Under the pieces are notes generated by a model that was not told the DNA's origin, did no database searches, and was given only the letters and a program-made list of their open reading frames with translations. From contig CAVUQH010000003.1 in NCBI GenBank assembly GCA_963743525.1, positions 736,001-800,000 on the forward strand: a DNA stretch of 64,000 nucleotides. Reading direction: 5' to 3'. Position numbers and translations under genes: made by a program. The first letter of the stretch is position 1. Each line of letters starts with the position of its first letter. Shown in pieces: positions 52,237 through 62,637 of this stretch. Origin of the DNA: an uncultured delta proteobacterium (GTDB taxonomy: Bacteria > Myxococcota_A > Polyangia > Haliangiales > Haliangiaceae).

Positions 52237-53412
52237 ATGGATCGACATCCGACCACGACGACGTGGGTGTTTCCGCCTGCCAATCGCGCGCCGCTGCCCG
52301 CGCCGCTCGAGCGGGTCAACTTGCGCGAGCTCGAAGCAAGGCCGGGTCGCTTCGAGCACCACTTGATGATCGTCGGCCGCGTCGGCGACACCCAGCTGGA
52401 GATCGCGACCGCGTCGGAGCCTCTCTACTTCTGGCACCAGAACCTGTCGGACGAGTACGTGCTGCCGCTGCCGACCGGCGATCCGATGCTCGACTCGTTT
52501 CCCTTTCGCACCTTCTTCGCCGACCCCGGCAGCGGGCAGGATGTCGGTCGGGTCAAGCACGGCGTCGGCCAGATGGTGCTGCACCCGTACGGACTGCTCC
52601 ACTGGCCGGGACGCTTGCGCGCGCCGTACCGCACCTTCGAGTTCGCGCCGGGGATGCGCCGCGCCGGCCTGACCGCGGTCGTCTGCGCCGGGCGCGTGAC
52701 GCCGCCTGACACCCGGCCGCTGTTCGTCAGCCCCGGTTGCGAAGAAGGGCCCAAGGCGTATCGCGGCTTCCCGCTGCCGGTGATGCTGGCCGACCTGGCC
52801 GCCGAGCCGGCGCGCGCCGTCGGTGCAGTCGGCGATACGATCATCGAGACGGTGGTTTCGCCGGAGCGGATCGCACCGCCGCGGGGCGGCTTCGTCATCG
52901 TGCTCGAAGGGGAGGGCGCCGTCTTTCCCGCGGACCTGATCTTCGTGCCGCCCGGCGCCGTGCTGGCCGGCGACGGCATCGCCCGCGCGGTGGTGGTGTC
53001 GTCGACCGAGGCCGAGGCCAGCCCGCCGCCGTCGTCGTGGGAGCTGCCGCCACCGGCGCCGTTCACGCCCAGCGAGGAGGCGCCGCGCGGTGCCCTGCCG
53101 TGCGCGGTCGGCGCGCTGGAGATCAGCGAGATGTCGTCGGAGCTCGTGCGCATCGCCATTGCCGACGAAGCTCGCGAGGTGCCGCGCTACTGGCTGGCGC
53201 GCATGCTGTTCCGCGCCGCGCTCCACGGCTTGCGGCTGGGCTACATGGAGACCTACGGCGGCTTCTTCCTCGACGACGAGGGCGGCGGCGACCTGCGCCT
53301 GGGCCTGCGCGACGTCGGCCACGTCTGGGTCGGCCGCGGCGAAGCCCGCGCCGCGGTCGAGCGGATCTACCGCGCGGTCGCCCCGCCGGGCTACGTCGAG
53401 CGACTGGCCTGA
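52237..53412 (+). CDS. hypothetical protein, possible cupin-like
   Basis: Long ORF with host codon usage; WHQNLSDE...HPYGLLHWPG. Confidence 0.6.
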   Translation: MDRHPTTTTWVFPPANRAPLPAPLERVNLRELEARPGRFEHHLMIVGRVGDTQLEIATASEPLYFWHQNLSDEYVLPLPTGDPMLDSFPFRTFFADPGSGQDVGRVKHGVGQMVLHPYGLLHWPGRLRAPYRTFEFAPGMRRAGLTAVVCAGRVTPPDTRPLFVSPGCEEGPKAYRGFPLPVMLADLAAEPARAVGAVGDTIIETVVSPERIAPPRGGFVIVLEGEGAVFPADLIFVPPGAVLAGDGIARAVVVSSTEAEASPPPSSWELPPPAPFTPSEEAPRGALPCAVGALEISEMSSELVRIAIADEAREVPRYWLARMLFRAALHGLRLGYMETYGGFFLDDEGGGDLRLGLRDVGHVWVGRGEARAAVERIYRAVAPPGYVERLA

Positions 53413-53419
53413 GCGCCGG

Positions 53420-54163
53420 CTACGGCGTGTAGGTTCCGGTGACCTCGATCAGCATGTGCATGTCGGGGAAGCCGACGGCGGTATCGGTGGTCATGTCGGT
53501 GACGCTGCAGTCGGCGGCCATGATGTAGCCGGGCGCGCTCTCACCGCCGGCGTTGGAGCCGATGTAGAAGGTGTTGCCCGCGGCCACGCCGTCGGCCGTG
53601 TGAACCTCGACCACCAGCTTCGAGCCGCCCGGCACCGACGCCGTCACCGGAACGTCGACGAACGCTCCGGTCGAGTCGCTGACGTTGGCGCTGGCGGTAC
53701 CGACCTGGCTGAGGTTGGCGACGCTGACGGCGCCGCTCAGCGTGTACAGGCGGACATCTACCTGTTGCGAGCCGCCGCCGCTGGTCGCCTGCTCGACGCC
53801 GATGTGAACCGACGAGACGCTGTAGGTGCTGTTGACGCCGTTGGCGGACAGATCGAATACGCGGTAGTAGCTGTTCTCGGTGGTGTTGCCGGTGGTGTTG
53901 TCGGCACACGCGACCGAGTTGGCCGACGTGATCGTGGTGCGGTCGGTGGTCTGCGACAGCGTCTTGGTCTGCGGGTTACCACCGCCACCGGCATCCGGGG
54001 TGCCCGGGTTGGTGTTGGCATCGGGGAAGGTGATTCCCGAGTCGGGGAAGCTGACGACCGAGCCATCGGGATTCCCTCCGATGCCGATCCCATCCCCCTG
54101 CCCCTTGGCACAGGCGGTCATGGCCAACAGCGCACCTACAAACGCGACGGAAACCACTCGCAT
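53420..54163 (-). CDS. lipoprotein, beta-sandwich
   Basis: LAMTAC lipobox, PDxG low-complexity linker. Confidence 0.7.
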   Translation of the reverse strand: MRVVSVAFVGALLAMTACAKGQGDGIGIGGNPDGSVVSFPDSGITFPDANTNPGTPDAGGGGNPQTKTLSQTTDRTTITSANSVACADNTTGNTTENSYYRVFDLSANGVNSTYSVSSVHIGVEQATSGGGSQQVDVRLYTLSGAVSVANLSQVGTASANVSDSTGAFVDVPVTASVPGGSKLVVEVHTADGVAAGNTFYIGSNAGGESAPGYIMAADCSVTDMTTDTAVGFPDMHMLIEVTGTYTP

Positions 54164-54305
54164 GGCTCCATTTTCCCCAGGATCGGCCCTGTTTGGATCC
54201 CTCCTTTGCGTCACAACCGCTGACCTGTTCCGGCAGCGGCCGTAACCAAAGTTAGATCAAGGGGTTAGCCGACGTGTGCGGGCGCCGCGGGCGGCTGTAG
54301 CGGCG

Positions 54306-54545
54306 TCAGTGCTGCTCGTGCCTCTCAGGCTCGATGATGTAGAGGGTGCCGATCAGGCTGCCACCGCCCATGACGGTGACCATGGCCAGCACGAACCAAC
54401 CCCAGAAGCCCAGCGAGAACGGGCCGAGCGCCATGGCGACGACCGGCAGGATGAGCAAGAACGTGATGATGGTGACGACGCCCATGATGCCCCAGGGCGC
54501 TGCAGCCGATGTGCCACGCGGCCACTGACGGGCTTTCGCGAGCAT
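54306..54545 (-). CDS. small two-TM membrane protein
   Basis: Two hydrophobic helices; start uncertain. Confidence 0.5.
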   Translation of the reverse strand: MLAKARQWPRGTSAAAPWGIMGVVTIITFLLILPVVAMALGPFSLGFWGWFVLAMVTVMGGGSLIGTLYIIEPERHEQH

Positions 54546-54636
54546 GCGTCATCCGTTGGCCCGAAGGTCCGCGAAACTGCTGCGTCGGCCCGCGGGGCCG
54601 CGCGCAGCCGATGCGCGCCGTGGGCCCGGCGGGCCG

Positions 54637-55137
54637 CTACTCGATGCGCTTGATGATGTGCCAGCCGAAGTCGCTGAGCACGATGCCGACCTCGCCGACG
54701 TCGAGGCGCAGCGACAGCCGGCGGAACTCGAGCACCATCTGCCCGCCCTGCTCGACCTCGTAGCTGCGGCCGCTCGCGGCGCTGCCCGGGTCCTCGGAGT
54801 ACTTGGCCATCAGCGGCTCGATCGGCGCGCCGTTCTTCAGCTGCGCGTACAGCTGCTTGACCAGCGCCTCGGCCTGCGCGGCGGTGCGGGTCTTGGCCCG
54901 CGGATCCTGGCGATCCGGATCGCCGTGTCCCTTCCAGCCGATCAGGATGTGCTTGACCGTCGCCTTGTAGACCTTCTGCTCGCGGTCGAGGATGTCGTTC
55001 GACTGCAGCGCCGGCGGCGGCGGGTCCGGGTTCATCCGGTTGTTCATGCTCGGCCCCGACATGCCGCCCGGCTTGGCGGTGCCGCAGGCCGGAATCAGCA
55101 GGGCGAGGGACAGCGACAACAGCACGGGGCGAATCAT
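54637..55137 (-). CDS. parvulin-type peptidyl-prolyl isomerase lipoprotein
   Basis: VKHILIGW, YSEDPGSA, SDFGWHIIKR. Confidence 0.9.
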   Translation of the reverse strand: MIRPVLLSLSLALLIPACGTAKPGGMSGPSMNNRMNPDPPPPALQSNDILDREQKVYKATVKHILIGWKGHGDPDRQDPRAKTRTAAQAEALVKQLYAQLKNGAPIEPLMAKYSEDPGSAASGRSYEVEQGGQMVLEFRRLSLRLDVGEVGIVLSDFGWHIIKRIE

Positions 55138-55172
55138 CGCGGGGACACTAGCACGGCCCCATCGCCGCGCAA

Positions 55173-56022
55173 TCAGCGCGAGCGGTGGGCGTCGAAGGCG
55201 CGCATGTGGCCCTGCAGGAAGACACCCAGGGAGATGTCGTCGCGCTGCAGGGCGTTGGCGCCCGCCTGCACGCCGAGGGTCGCCCACGGGGTGATCCACG
55301 ACTCGACCGCGACCCGCGGCTCGACCAGCCAGCTGGCGTCGTAGGCGTACGAGGTGTCGGCGCAGGCGCCGTGCACGCTGTCGAACGGACAGCCCGACCA
55401 GGCGCGCGCCGACGAACGTCTCGGCGCGGAGATCGAAGTTGCCGATCGGCACGGTCACGCCGGCGACGCCGCCGAGCTCGCTGTACAGGGTGCCGCTGGC
55501 GTTCATCATCAGGTCGGCCGAGGCGTCGGTGGTCTGGCCGTGCAGCCAGGCGTGGCCGATCTTGCCCTCGAAGCCGACGTACAGATGGCGGCTCACGTCG
55601 ATCGACATGCCCAGGTCGAAGGTGGCGGCGCCGGCCAGGCCGTTGCCGATGTCCGAGCCGACCATGCGGTAGGCGATGCCGTCGCCGTGGGGCGCGGTGC
55701 CGGAGAAGGTCATGTTGCGCACCGGGAAGCGGTGGCCGCTGGTGCCGAAGTGAAGACGCAGCCGCGGGAAGTGGGCCACGTTCCAGGTGCCGAAGCGCGA
55801 ACCGGGACAGACCCAGCGGCCGACGACGCTGCTGACCTCGACGCACGACGGCTCGCTCGACGACGACGACGACGATCCGCCGCTGTCGGAGCTCGACGAC
55901 GATCCGCTGCTCGACGATCCGCCCGACGACGATCCGCCGCCCGATGCGCCGCAGGGGAAAGCCGCGCGTGGCGCGAGCGCGATCGCCGCCATCGCCGCCG
56001 CCGCGGCTGCCAGCCGTCTCAT
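55173..56022 (-). CDS. exported outer-membrane-like protein; frameshift near 55383
   Basis: Signal peptide, Ser/Gly tract, amphipathic strands continuing in ORF 55173-55376. Confidence 0.6.
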
Positions 56023-56519
56023 CGGCTCACCTGCGCCAGCGGGCCGACGGCGCCGCCGTCGATGCAGGCGATCACCGGGCGATCGAGGGCCGCCGCCGGG
56101 TCGATGCCGGCAAGGTCCAGGCACAATCGCGCCGGCAGCGACCCCGGCGCCGACGGCAGCTGGTACTCGAGCACCTCGCGCGCGATGGCCCGGGCCTCGA
56201 GCATCCCCGGCCGCACCTCGCGGTTGGGATCGAACAGCGCCATCGGCTGGCGCGCACCGGCGTAGTACTCGCCGACCGCGCGGATGGCGCCCAGGTTGAC
56301 GCGTACCGCCGCGTCGCAGCGGTTGGCGAAGGTGAAGCCGGCGACCGGACCGACGGCGGCGGAATCGCGTACCGGCACCACGGCGACGTCGATGCAGCCG
56401 ACGGTGCGGACTTCACCCGACGCTTCGGGGGTGAGGGTGCCGGGCCGGTAGCCGCGACACGCGACGGCAGACGCCAGGCAACCGATGGCAACGAGCAGTA
56501 GGGGAACGGAGGCGCGCAT
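56019..56519 (-). CDS. hypothetical lipoprotein
   Basis: MRASVPLLLVAIGCLASAVAC; overlaps the downstream start. Confidence 0.6.
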   Translation of the reverse strand: MRASVPLLLVAIGCLASAVACRGYRPGTLTPEASGEVRTVGCIDVAVVPVRDSAAVGPVAGFTFANRCDAAVRVNLGAIRAVGEYYAGARQPMALFDPNREVRPGMLEARAIAREVLEYQLPSAPGSLPARLCLDLAGIDPAAALDRPVIACIDGGAVGPLAQVSR

Positions 56520-56650
56520 GACGCCTGGCCAGCGAGCAAGAAGCACGCCGCCACGTGATGCGCGATTCCGCGGGTCTAGCTGCTGCGAGACCTGCACACC
56601 TGTCGATTGCGCACCACACTGTGGCGGCGGCGCCGCGCGCCCGTCCGCGA

Positions 56651-56944
56651 TCAGTTGCCGGCGAGGTCGCTGGTGGCCTTGTGCTGGTAGGCGGCCAGGG
56701 CGTCCTTGTCGCTGGCGATCAGCTTGCACGCCATGTTGGCCTCGTCGCTGCTGAGCTTCTCGTCGTTCGGGCCGACCATCTCCTTGTCGAGCCAGGCCCT
56801 GGTCTTTTCGCAGTAGGCCTTGTCCTTGCCGTCGCACAGCTTCTTGTTGAGCTGGTCGCAGGCGCCGCCGCCCGAGCCGCCGCAGGCAGCGGCGCCCAGG
56901 GACAGGCCGATCATCAGGGTCAGGGTCTTGGCGAGGGTCTTCAT
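56651..56944 (-). CDS. small Cys-containing lipoprotein
   Basis: AAGGAG RBS; MKTLAKTLTLMIGLSLGAAAC. Confidence 0.7.
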   Translation of the reverse strand: MKTLAKTLTLMIGLSLGAAACGGSGGGACDQLNKKLCDGKDKAYCEKTRAWLDKEMVGPNDEKLSSDEANMACKLIASDKDALAAYQHKATSDLAGN

Positions 56945-57117
56945 GGTGGTCTCCTTGCGTCGGAGGGTTGTTCGGGTTCCGACGCGGAGCCGTAGTGCAG
57001 CGGCGATGCCACATGTGCGCGGCCCGTGATCTTCGCGGCTTGGCGTGCACACCAGCCGATTCGGCGGGTCGCTCGAGACCCGCGATCCACGGCTGCCCGT
57101 GGCTGTCCGGACCCAGC

Positions 57118-58192
57118 TCAGCCGAGCAGGTCGCGGCCGATGTCGGCCACCGTCGGGCAGCCGCACAGGGCCATGGCCAGGTCGAGCTCGTCGCGGATGA
57201 GCTCCAGCGCGCGACCGACGCCGGCCGCGCCGCCCGCGGCCAACCCCCACAGGATCGGCCGGCCCAGGAGCACCGCGCGTGCGCCCAGCGCCAGCGCCTT
57301 GATGACGTCGGTGCCGCGGCGGACGCCGCCGTCGAGGAGCACGTCGCCGCGCCCGTCGACGGCGTCGACGATCGGCGGCAGCGCGTCGATGGTTGCCGGC
57401 GCGGTGTCCAGCTGGCGGCCGCCGTGGTTGGACACCACCACCCCGGCGGCACCGGAGGCAATCGCGCGGGCCGCGTCGTCGGCGCGGACGATCCCTTTGA
57501 TCAGCACCGGCAGCCTGGTGATCGACTGCAGCCAGGTGACGTCCTTCCAGCTCAGCGATGGATCGAGCAGCGAGGCGACGTACGAGGCCAGGCCGGAGCC
57601 CTCGGTCCGAGGAAAGCGCTCGAGGCCGGCGGGCAGCAGGTTGGCCAGCACCATGCCGTCGGGGAACTGGAAGCGGTTGCGCACGTCGCGCTCGCGGCGG
57701 CCGAGCAGTGGCGCGTTGACCGTCAGCACCAGCGCCGTGCAGCCGGCCGCCTCGACGCGCTCGACCAGCGCCCGGGTCACCGCCCGGTCGCGATACACAT
57801 AGAGCTGAAACCACAGTGGCCCGCTCGCCGCGGCCGCGACCTCCTCCACCGGCGTGGTGCTCAACGTTCAACAGGATCATCGCCGTCCCCGCGGCGCCGG
57901 CCGCCCGCGCGGTGGCCACCTCACCGTCCGGATGCGCCAGCTTGTGCGCCGCCGTCGGCGCCACCAGGATCGGCATCGCCACCGGCGTGCCCAGCACCGA
58001 CGCCGACAGGTCGCGGCGGCTGACGTTGACCAACACGCGGTAGTACAGCTTGATGCGAGCGAACGCGTCGTGGTTGTCGCGCAGCGTCAGCTCGTCGTCG
58101 GCGCCGCTGGCGTAGTAGTCCCACGCCGACGGCTCCATGTTGCGGCGCGCCAGCGCCTCGAGCTCCTGCAGGTTGAGCGCCTCGCCATCCAT
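57118..58192 (-). CDS. FMN-dependent alpha-hydroxy acid oxidase; frameshift near 57866
   Basis: WDYYASGA, WFQLY, VSNHGGRQLD, DGGVRRGTD. Confidence 0.92.
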
Positions 58193-58229
58193 GCCCCGAA
58201 CCTACCGCGTCGGGTGTACGCTGGGAACG

Positions 58230-58853
58230 ATGACCGATGAGATGCTCAAGGGCAGCGAAGCCCGCCTGTGGAGCTTGATCGAGCAACGAACCCGCGTCGG
58301 CGCCGACACTGCGGCCATCGATGCGCGCATCTGGGAGCTGTTCGGCGAGGACTGGACGGTGGTCTTCACCGACCTGGCCGGCTTCTCGCGGCGGACGGAG
58401 AAGTTCGGCATCATCCACTTCCTCCAGCTCATCCACGAGCAGCATCGGTTGCTGTTGCCGGTGGTCGCCGACCGCGGCGGCTTCCTGGTCAAGAGCGAGG
58501 CCGACAGCTACATCCTGTTGTTTCGCAGCCCGCGCACTGCCCTCGACTGCGCGGTGGCGATGCAGCACGTCTGCCAGAAGATCAATCAGCGGCGGGTGCC
58601 CGAGGAGCAGATCCTGCTGTGCATCGGCATGGGCCACGGCCGCATCCTCCGCGTCGGTGATCACGAGGTGTGGGGCAAGGAGGTCAACGCCTCCAGCCGC
58701 CTGGGCGAAGACACCGCCCGCGCCGACGAGATCCTGGTCACCTCCGGCTTCCGCGACGCCCTCGGCCATTTCGATGGCATCGAGCTCGAGCCGATCGACG
58801 TCGAAGTGCCCGGCTCTCCGACCAACTACCGCGTCCTGTACAAGCACGCGTAG
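58230..58853 (+). CDS. stand-alone class III nucleotidyl cyclase
   Basis: VFTDLAGFS, VKSEADS, VWGKEVNASSRL. Confidence 0.85.
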   Translation: MTDEMLKGSEARLWSLIEQRTRVGADTAAIDARIWELFGEDWTVVFTDLAGFSRRTEKFGIIHFLQLIHEQHRLLLPVVADRGGFLVKSEADSYILLFRSPRTALDCAVAMQHVCQKINQRRVPEEQILLCIGMGHGRILRVGDHEVWGKEVNASSRLGEDTARADEILVTSGFRDALGHFDGIELEPIDVEVPGSPTNYRVLYKHA

Positions 58854-58862
58854 ACTACCGCC

Positions 58863-59636
58863 ATGAAACGACTCGACGGCAAGCGTGCGATCGTCACCGG
58901 CGCGGCGAGCGGAATCGGCCGCGCGTGCGCGCACATCATGGCTCGCGAGGGCGCCTCCTTGCTGCTGGTTGACCGCCAACCCGAGGTCGAGGCCGTCGCC
59001 GGTGAGCTGGGCGCGCTGTGGCTGACCGGAAGCGTGGGCGACGAAGAGGTCGCGACCACTGCGGTCGGGCGCACCGTGGCCGAGCTGGGCGGGCTCGACG
59101 TCGTCGTCGCCAACGCCGGCATCACCGGCGCTGTGGTTCCGCTGCTCGAGCTCGACGTCGCCGACTTTCGCAAGGTGCTCGACGTCAACCTGCTCGGCGC
59201 GTTCCTGTTCCTCCAGCACGGCGCTCGACACATGGTCGGCGCCGGCGGCGGCGCCGTCGTCTGCACCGCCAGCGTCGCCGGCTTGCGCGCGGGCGCCGGG
59301 CCCGCGCACTACAGCGCCAGCAAGGCGGCGATCATCAGCCTGGTGCAGAACGCCGCCTTTCAGCTGGGCGGCACCGGCGTGCGCGTCAACGCCGTCTGTC
59401 CCGGCCTGATCGAAACCGCGATGACGCGGCCGATCTTCGACATGGCCCGGCAGGCGGGCAAGGAACAGAAGATCGGTCAGCTGAACCCGACCCGCCGCGC
59501 CGGTCAGCCGGAAGAGATCGCCGAGGTCGTCGCCTTTCTCGCCAGCGACGCCGCCAGCTACGTCAACGGCCAGGCGGTGGTGGTCGACGGTGGCCTGTCG
59601 GCCGCGCACCCACACGTGCCCGGCCGAATGATGTGA
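58863..59636 (+). CDS. short-chain dehydrogenase/reductase
   Basis: TGAASGIG, NAG, YSASK. Confidence 0.93.
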   Translation: MKRLDGKRAIVTGAASGIGRACAHIMAREGASLLLVDRQPEVEAVAGELGALWLTGSVGDEEVATTAVGRTVAELGGLDVVVANAGITGAVVPLLELDVADFRKVLDVNLLGAFLFLQHGARHMVGAGGGAVVCTASVAGLRAGAGPAHYSASKAAIISLVQNAAFQLGGTGVRVNAVCPGLIETAMTRPIFDMARQAGKEQKIGQLNPTRRAGQPEEIAEVVAFLASDAASYVNGQAVVVDGGLSAAHPHVPGRMM

Positions 59637-59665
59637 AGCAAACGACCCATCCTGGGTGATATCCT

Positions 59666-60805
59666 GTGGGTATGGGGGCTCAGGGGACCCGCCTCGGCGT
59701 AGCCGCGGCGGCCGTGGCTTTGGTGCTGGTGGGCGTGTTGAGCCATCACTGGTACGTCGCGTCGATCAGCGGTTTCGGCGGTGACTCGCCGTCGGCCTAC
59801 TTCGGGCTGCGCGGCGTGACCGAGTGTGCGAACAACGTCTGCGTCACCGCGTCCTATGGCGGACTGCCGGTGGCCGGCCTCGGCGCGGCGTTCAAGATGT
59901 TCGCAACGCTCGCCTTCTTCGGCGGCATCGTCGGCGGCATCCTGCTCGCGGTCGGCGTCGTCCTGCGCGAGTTCTCCAATGTCAACAGGCTCGCGGGGGC
60001 GGCCAGCATCATCCTCGGCATGGTCGGCTTCACCAGCATTGCCGCCATCGTCACGTTTCCCGGCCAGTCGCCAGCGATTCCCGAGCTCAAAGTCAACATG
60101 TCGATCGGCTTCAGCTTCTACATCACGCTGGTCGGCGCGCTGGTCGGCGCCGTCGCTGGCCGCCTGCGCGAGAGCGGTGGCTGGGAGGGGCGCGAGTACA
60201 TCCCGGTTCGCATTGGCGACAAGCCCGCACCCGCACCCGCTGGCGTGCCCGCACACTCGCTCACCCCCGCGCCCGCCGGCTCGCCCACGCCCGCGCCCGC
60301 CGGCTCGCCCGCGCCCGCGCCCGCCGGCTCGCCCACGCCCGCGCCCGAACCCGCGCCGGCGCGCGCCCTCACCCCGGCCCCGACCAGGTCGAGCGATCTC
60401 CGCTTCGTCGCCCGCTCCATCGAGGTCTCCGGTGTCGGCATGACCGCGATCCTCGAGGACGCGACCCAGGTCGACCTCCTCTGGTCGCAGGTCGGGCGGG
60501 TCATTGCCCGTCACCTGCCGCCCGATCCGCCGTACGACGAGCGGCTGTTCATCGACATCGTGCCCGCCGCTTCCGGCTCGAAGCCAGTTCGCATCCTGCC
60601 GACCACCCTGGCCAATTGGAGTGATCTCCCCGGCGGCGCCGAGGTCAGCTCGCAGGGCAACCTGCGAAAGCTCGGCGCCCTCATCGAGGATCATCGCCGC
60701 GGCGCCATCGAGCCAAATTCGATCGGCTTCTTCCTGGAAAACCAGCGCGCTCCCGCGTTCCCGGCCCCGCGACAGCTGGCCGAGTACGAAGCCCAATTCG
60801 GCTAA
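59666..60805 (+). CDS. membrane protein, four TM helices plus Pro-rich linker and cytoplasmic domain
   Basis: Claudin-like N-terminal pattern; (TPAPAGSP) repeats. Confidence 0.7.
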   Translation: MGMGAQGTRLGVAAAAVALVLVGVLSHHWYVASISGFGGDSPSAYFGLRGVTECANNVCVTASYGGLPVAGLGAAFKMFATLAFFGGIVGGILLAVGVVLREFSNVNRLAGAASIILGMVGFTSIAAIVTFPGQSPAIPELKVNMSIGFSFYITLVGALVGAVAGRLRESGGWEGREYIPVRIGDKPAPAPAGVPAHSLTPAPAGSPTPAPAGSPAPAPAGSPTPAPEPAPARALTPAPTRSSDLRFVARSIEVSGVGMTAILEDATQVDLLWSQVGRVIARHLPPDPPYDERLFIDIVPAASGSKPVRILPTTLANWSDLPGGAEVSSQGNLRKLGALIEDHRRGAIEPNSIGFFLENQRAPAFPAPRQLAEYEAQFG

Positions 60806-60924
60806 GCCCGCTTTTTCCAACACACCGGCGGTATCTTCCGCTACGACTTTTCCGAAACCTGTTCCGTTCCGGATCGGTTACAGTATCGTCTGATTCCTGC
60901 GACAATACTGGAATCTTCCACCAC

Positions 60925-61728
60925 ATGAAGCGCGCGCTGATCATCGCCGAGGACGCCGAGCATGCCGACGAGCTGCGCCGCCTGCTCGAAGCTCACGGCG
61001 CCGGCGATGTGATCGTTCAGGTTGACCCGACCAACGACATCGGCGCCCACGAGAGCCTGCACCGGCTGGCCTCGCTCGGCACCCTCGCCGCAAGCTCCGC
61101 TCACGAAGCCAACAACCTGTTGACCTATGTGTCGGTCTCTCTCGATCGCCTGGCGCGCGGCGATGCCGGGGAGCGCGGGCCCAAGCTGCTCGCCGGGGCC
61201 CGCGAATGCTGCCAGCGCATGCAGGGCCTGCTGCGCGGCATGACCGGATTTGCGCGTCCCGGTGCACGCGAGCAGGCGTTGGTCCGGATCGACGAGATCG
61301 TCGACGAGGCAGTCGGCCTGGTCCGCGCCGAGATCGAGGGCCAGGCCGAGCTGGTCGTCGACCGCGAGCCCAACCTGCCGATCCTCCGCGCCAGCCCGGC
61401 CAAGCTCGGGCAGGTGTTCGTCAACCTGCTCATCAACGCGGTTCAGGCGCTCGAGCCGTCGTCGCCGGGCGCCCGCGTCAGCGTGCGCATGGCCCGCGAC
61501 GCGGCCGGTGTGCGGGTCGATGTCGAGGACACCGGGGCCGGGATCTCGGCGGACGACCTGTGTCGCGTCTTCGAGGCCTTCTACACCACCAAGCCCGAGG
61601 GTGTCGGCACCGGACTGGGGCTGTTCCTGTCGCGGTCGATCGTCCGCGAGCACGGCGGCGACATCCGCATCGACAGCGAGCCAGGTCGCGGCACCACGGT
61701 GAGCGTGCGCTTGCCGTCGGCGCGGTAG
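60925..61728 (+). CDS. histidine kinase with very short N-terminal region
   Basis: AHEANNLL, NLLINA, DTGAGI, FYTTK...GTGLGL. Confidence 0.9.
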   Translation: MKRALIIAEDAEHADELRRLLEAHGAGDVIVQVDPTNDIGAHESLHRLASLGTLAASSAHEANNLLTYVSVSLDRLARGDAGERGPKLLAGARECCQRMQGLLRGMTGFARPGAREQALVRIDEIVDEAVGLVRAEIEGQAELVVDREPNLPILRASPAKLGQVFVNLLINAVQALEPSSPGARVSVRMARDAAGVRVDVEDTGAGISADDLCRVFEAFYTTKPEGVGTGLGLFLSRSIVREHGGDIRIDSEPGRGTTVSVRLPSAR

Positions 61729-61737
61729 TATCCCCAT

Positions 61738-62637
61738 GTGAGCGAGCGAGTCGCCGAGCAGAACCGCGGGCGCGCCGTGACGCGCGTCCTGTGGATCACG
61801 CTCGTGCTCAATCTCGTGGTCGCCCTGGCCAAGGGGATCTTTGGCCTGGCCACCGGCGCCATGGCGATCACCACCGACGCCATGCACTCGATGGTCGACG
61901 CCACGGCCAACGTGATCGCGCTGTTCGCCACGCGGATGGCCGAGGCGCCGCCGGATTCGTCGCACCCGTACGGTCACCGCAAGTTCGAGATCGTGGCGGC
62001 CGCCGCCATCGGCGTCGGCGTCGGCACGGCGGCGGTTCGCTTTGCCTGGGACGCGGGCGAGGCGCTGTTCCACGGGCGGCCGGCGCTTCACCCGTCGGGC
62101 CTCGGCTTCGGCGTGATCCTCACGACCTGGGTGATCAACGCCTTCGTCGCCACCTACGAGGCGCGGCGCGGGCGCCAGCTCGAGAGCCCGATCCTTCTGG
62201 CCGACGCGTCGCACACCGCGTCCGACGTGGTCGTCACCGGCGCGGTCCTGATCAGCTACACCGCCTCGGCCTACGGCATTGCCTGGGCCGACCCGGTGGG
62301 CGCGCTGGTGGTCGTGGCGATCATCGCGCGGGTGGCGTGGAAGGTGCTGTCGAGCAACCTGTCGATCCTGGTCGACCGCGCCGTGGTCGATCCCGAGGCG
62401 GTGTGCGCCATCGCCAGCGCCGTGCCCGGCGTCATCGACTGCCACCGCATCCGCTCGCGCGGCACCGACGGCGCGGTGCACGTCGATCTGCACATCCAGG
62501 TCGACGGCGACCTGTCCCTGCGCGCCGCGCACGAGCTGGCTCACCAGGTCGAAGACCGCCTGTGTGCGGCGATGCCGGCGATCGTCGACGTCACCGTCCA
62601 CGTCGAGCCCGACGACGACGCGCCGGAGAGCTTGTGA
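61738..62637 (+). CDS. cation diffusion facilitator transporter
   Basis: DAMHSMVD, HPYGHRKFE, HTASD, VHVEP. Confidence 0.92.
   Translation: MSERVAEQNRGRAVTRVLWITLVLNLVVALAKGIFGLATGAMAITTDAMHSMVDATANVIALFATRMAEAPPDSSHPYGHRKFEIVAAAAIGVGVGTAAVRFAWDAGEALFHGRPALHPSGLGFGVILTTWVINAFVATYEARRGRQLESPILLADASHTASDVVVTGAVLISYTASAYGIAWADPVGALVVVAIIARVAWKVLSSNLSILVDRAVVDPEAVCAIASAVPGVIDCHRIRSRGTDGAVHVDLHIQVDGDLSLRAAHELAHQVEDRLCAAMPAIVDVTVHVEPDDDAPESL

Noticed and set aside
57118..58192. Programmed frameshifts or pseudogenes in core genes (also near 24615, 43920, 55383)
   Set aside because: Isolated single-base indels in otherwise intact genes are most simply explained as sequencing errors.
60226..60380. 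24-bp repeats in the membrane protein gene
   Set aside because: Ordinary Pro/Ala-rich linker coding (TPAPAGSP).
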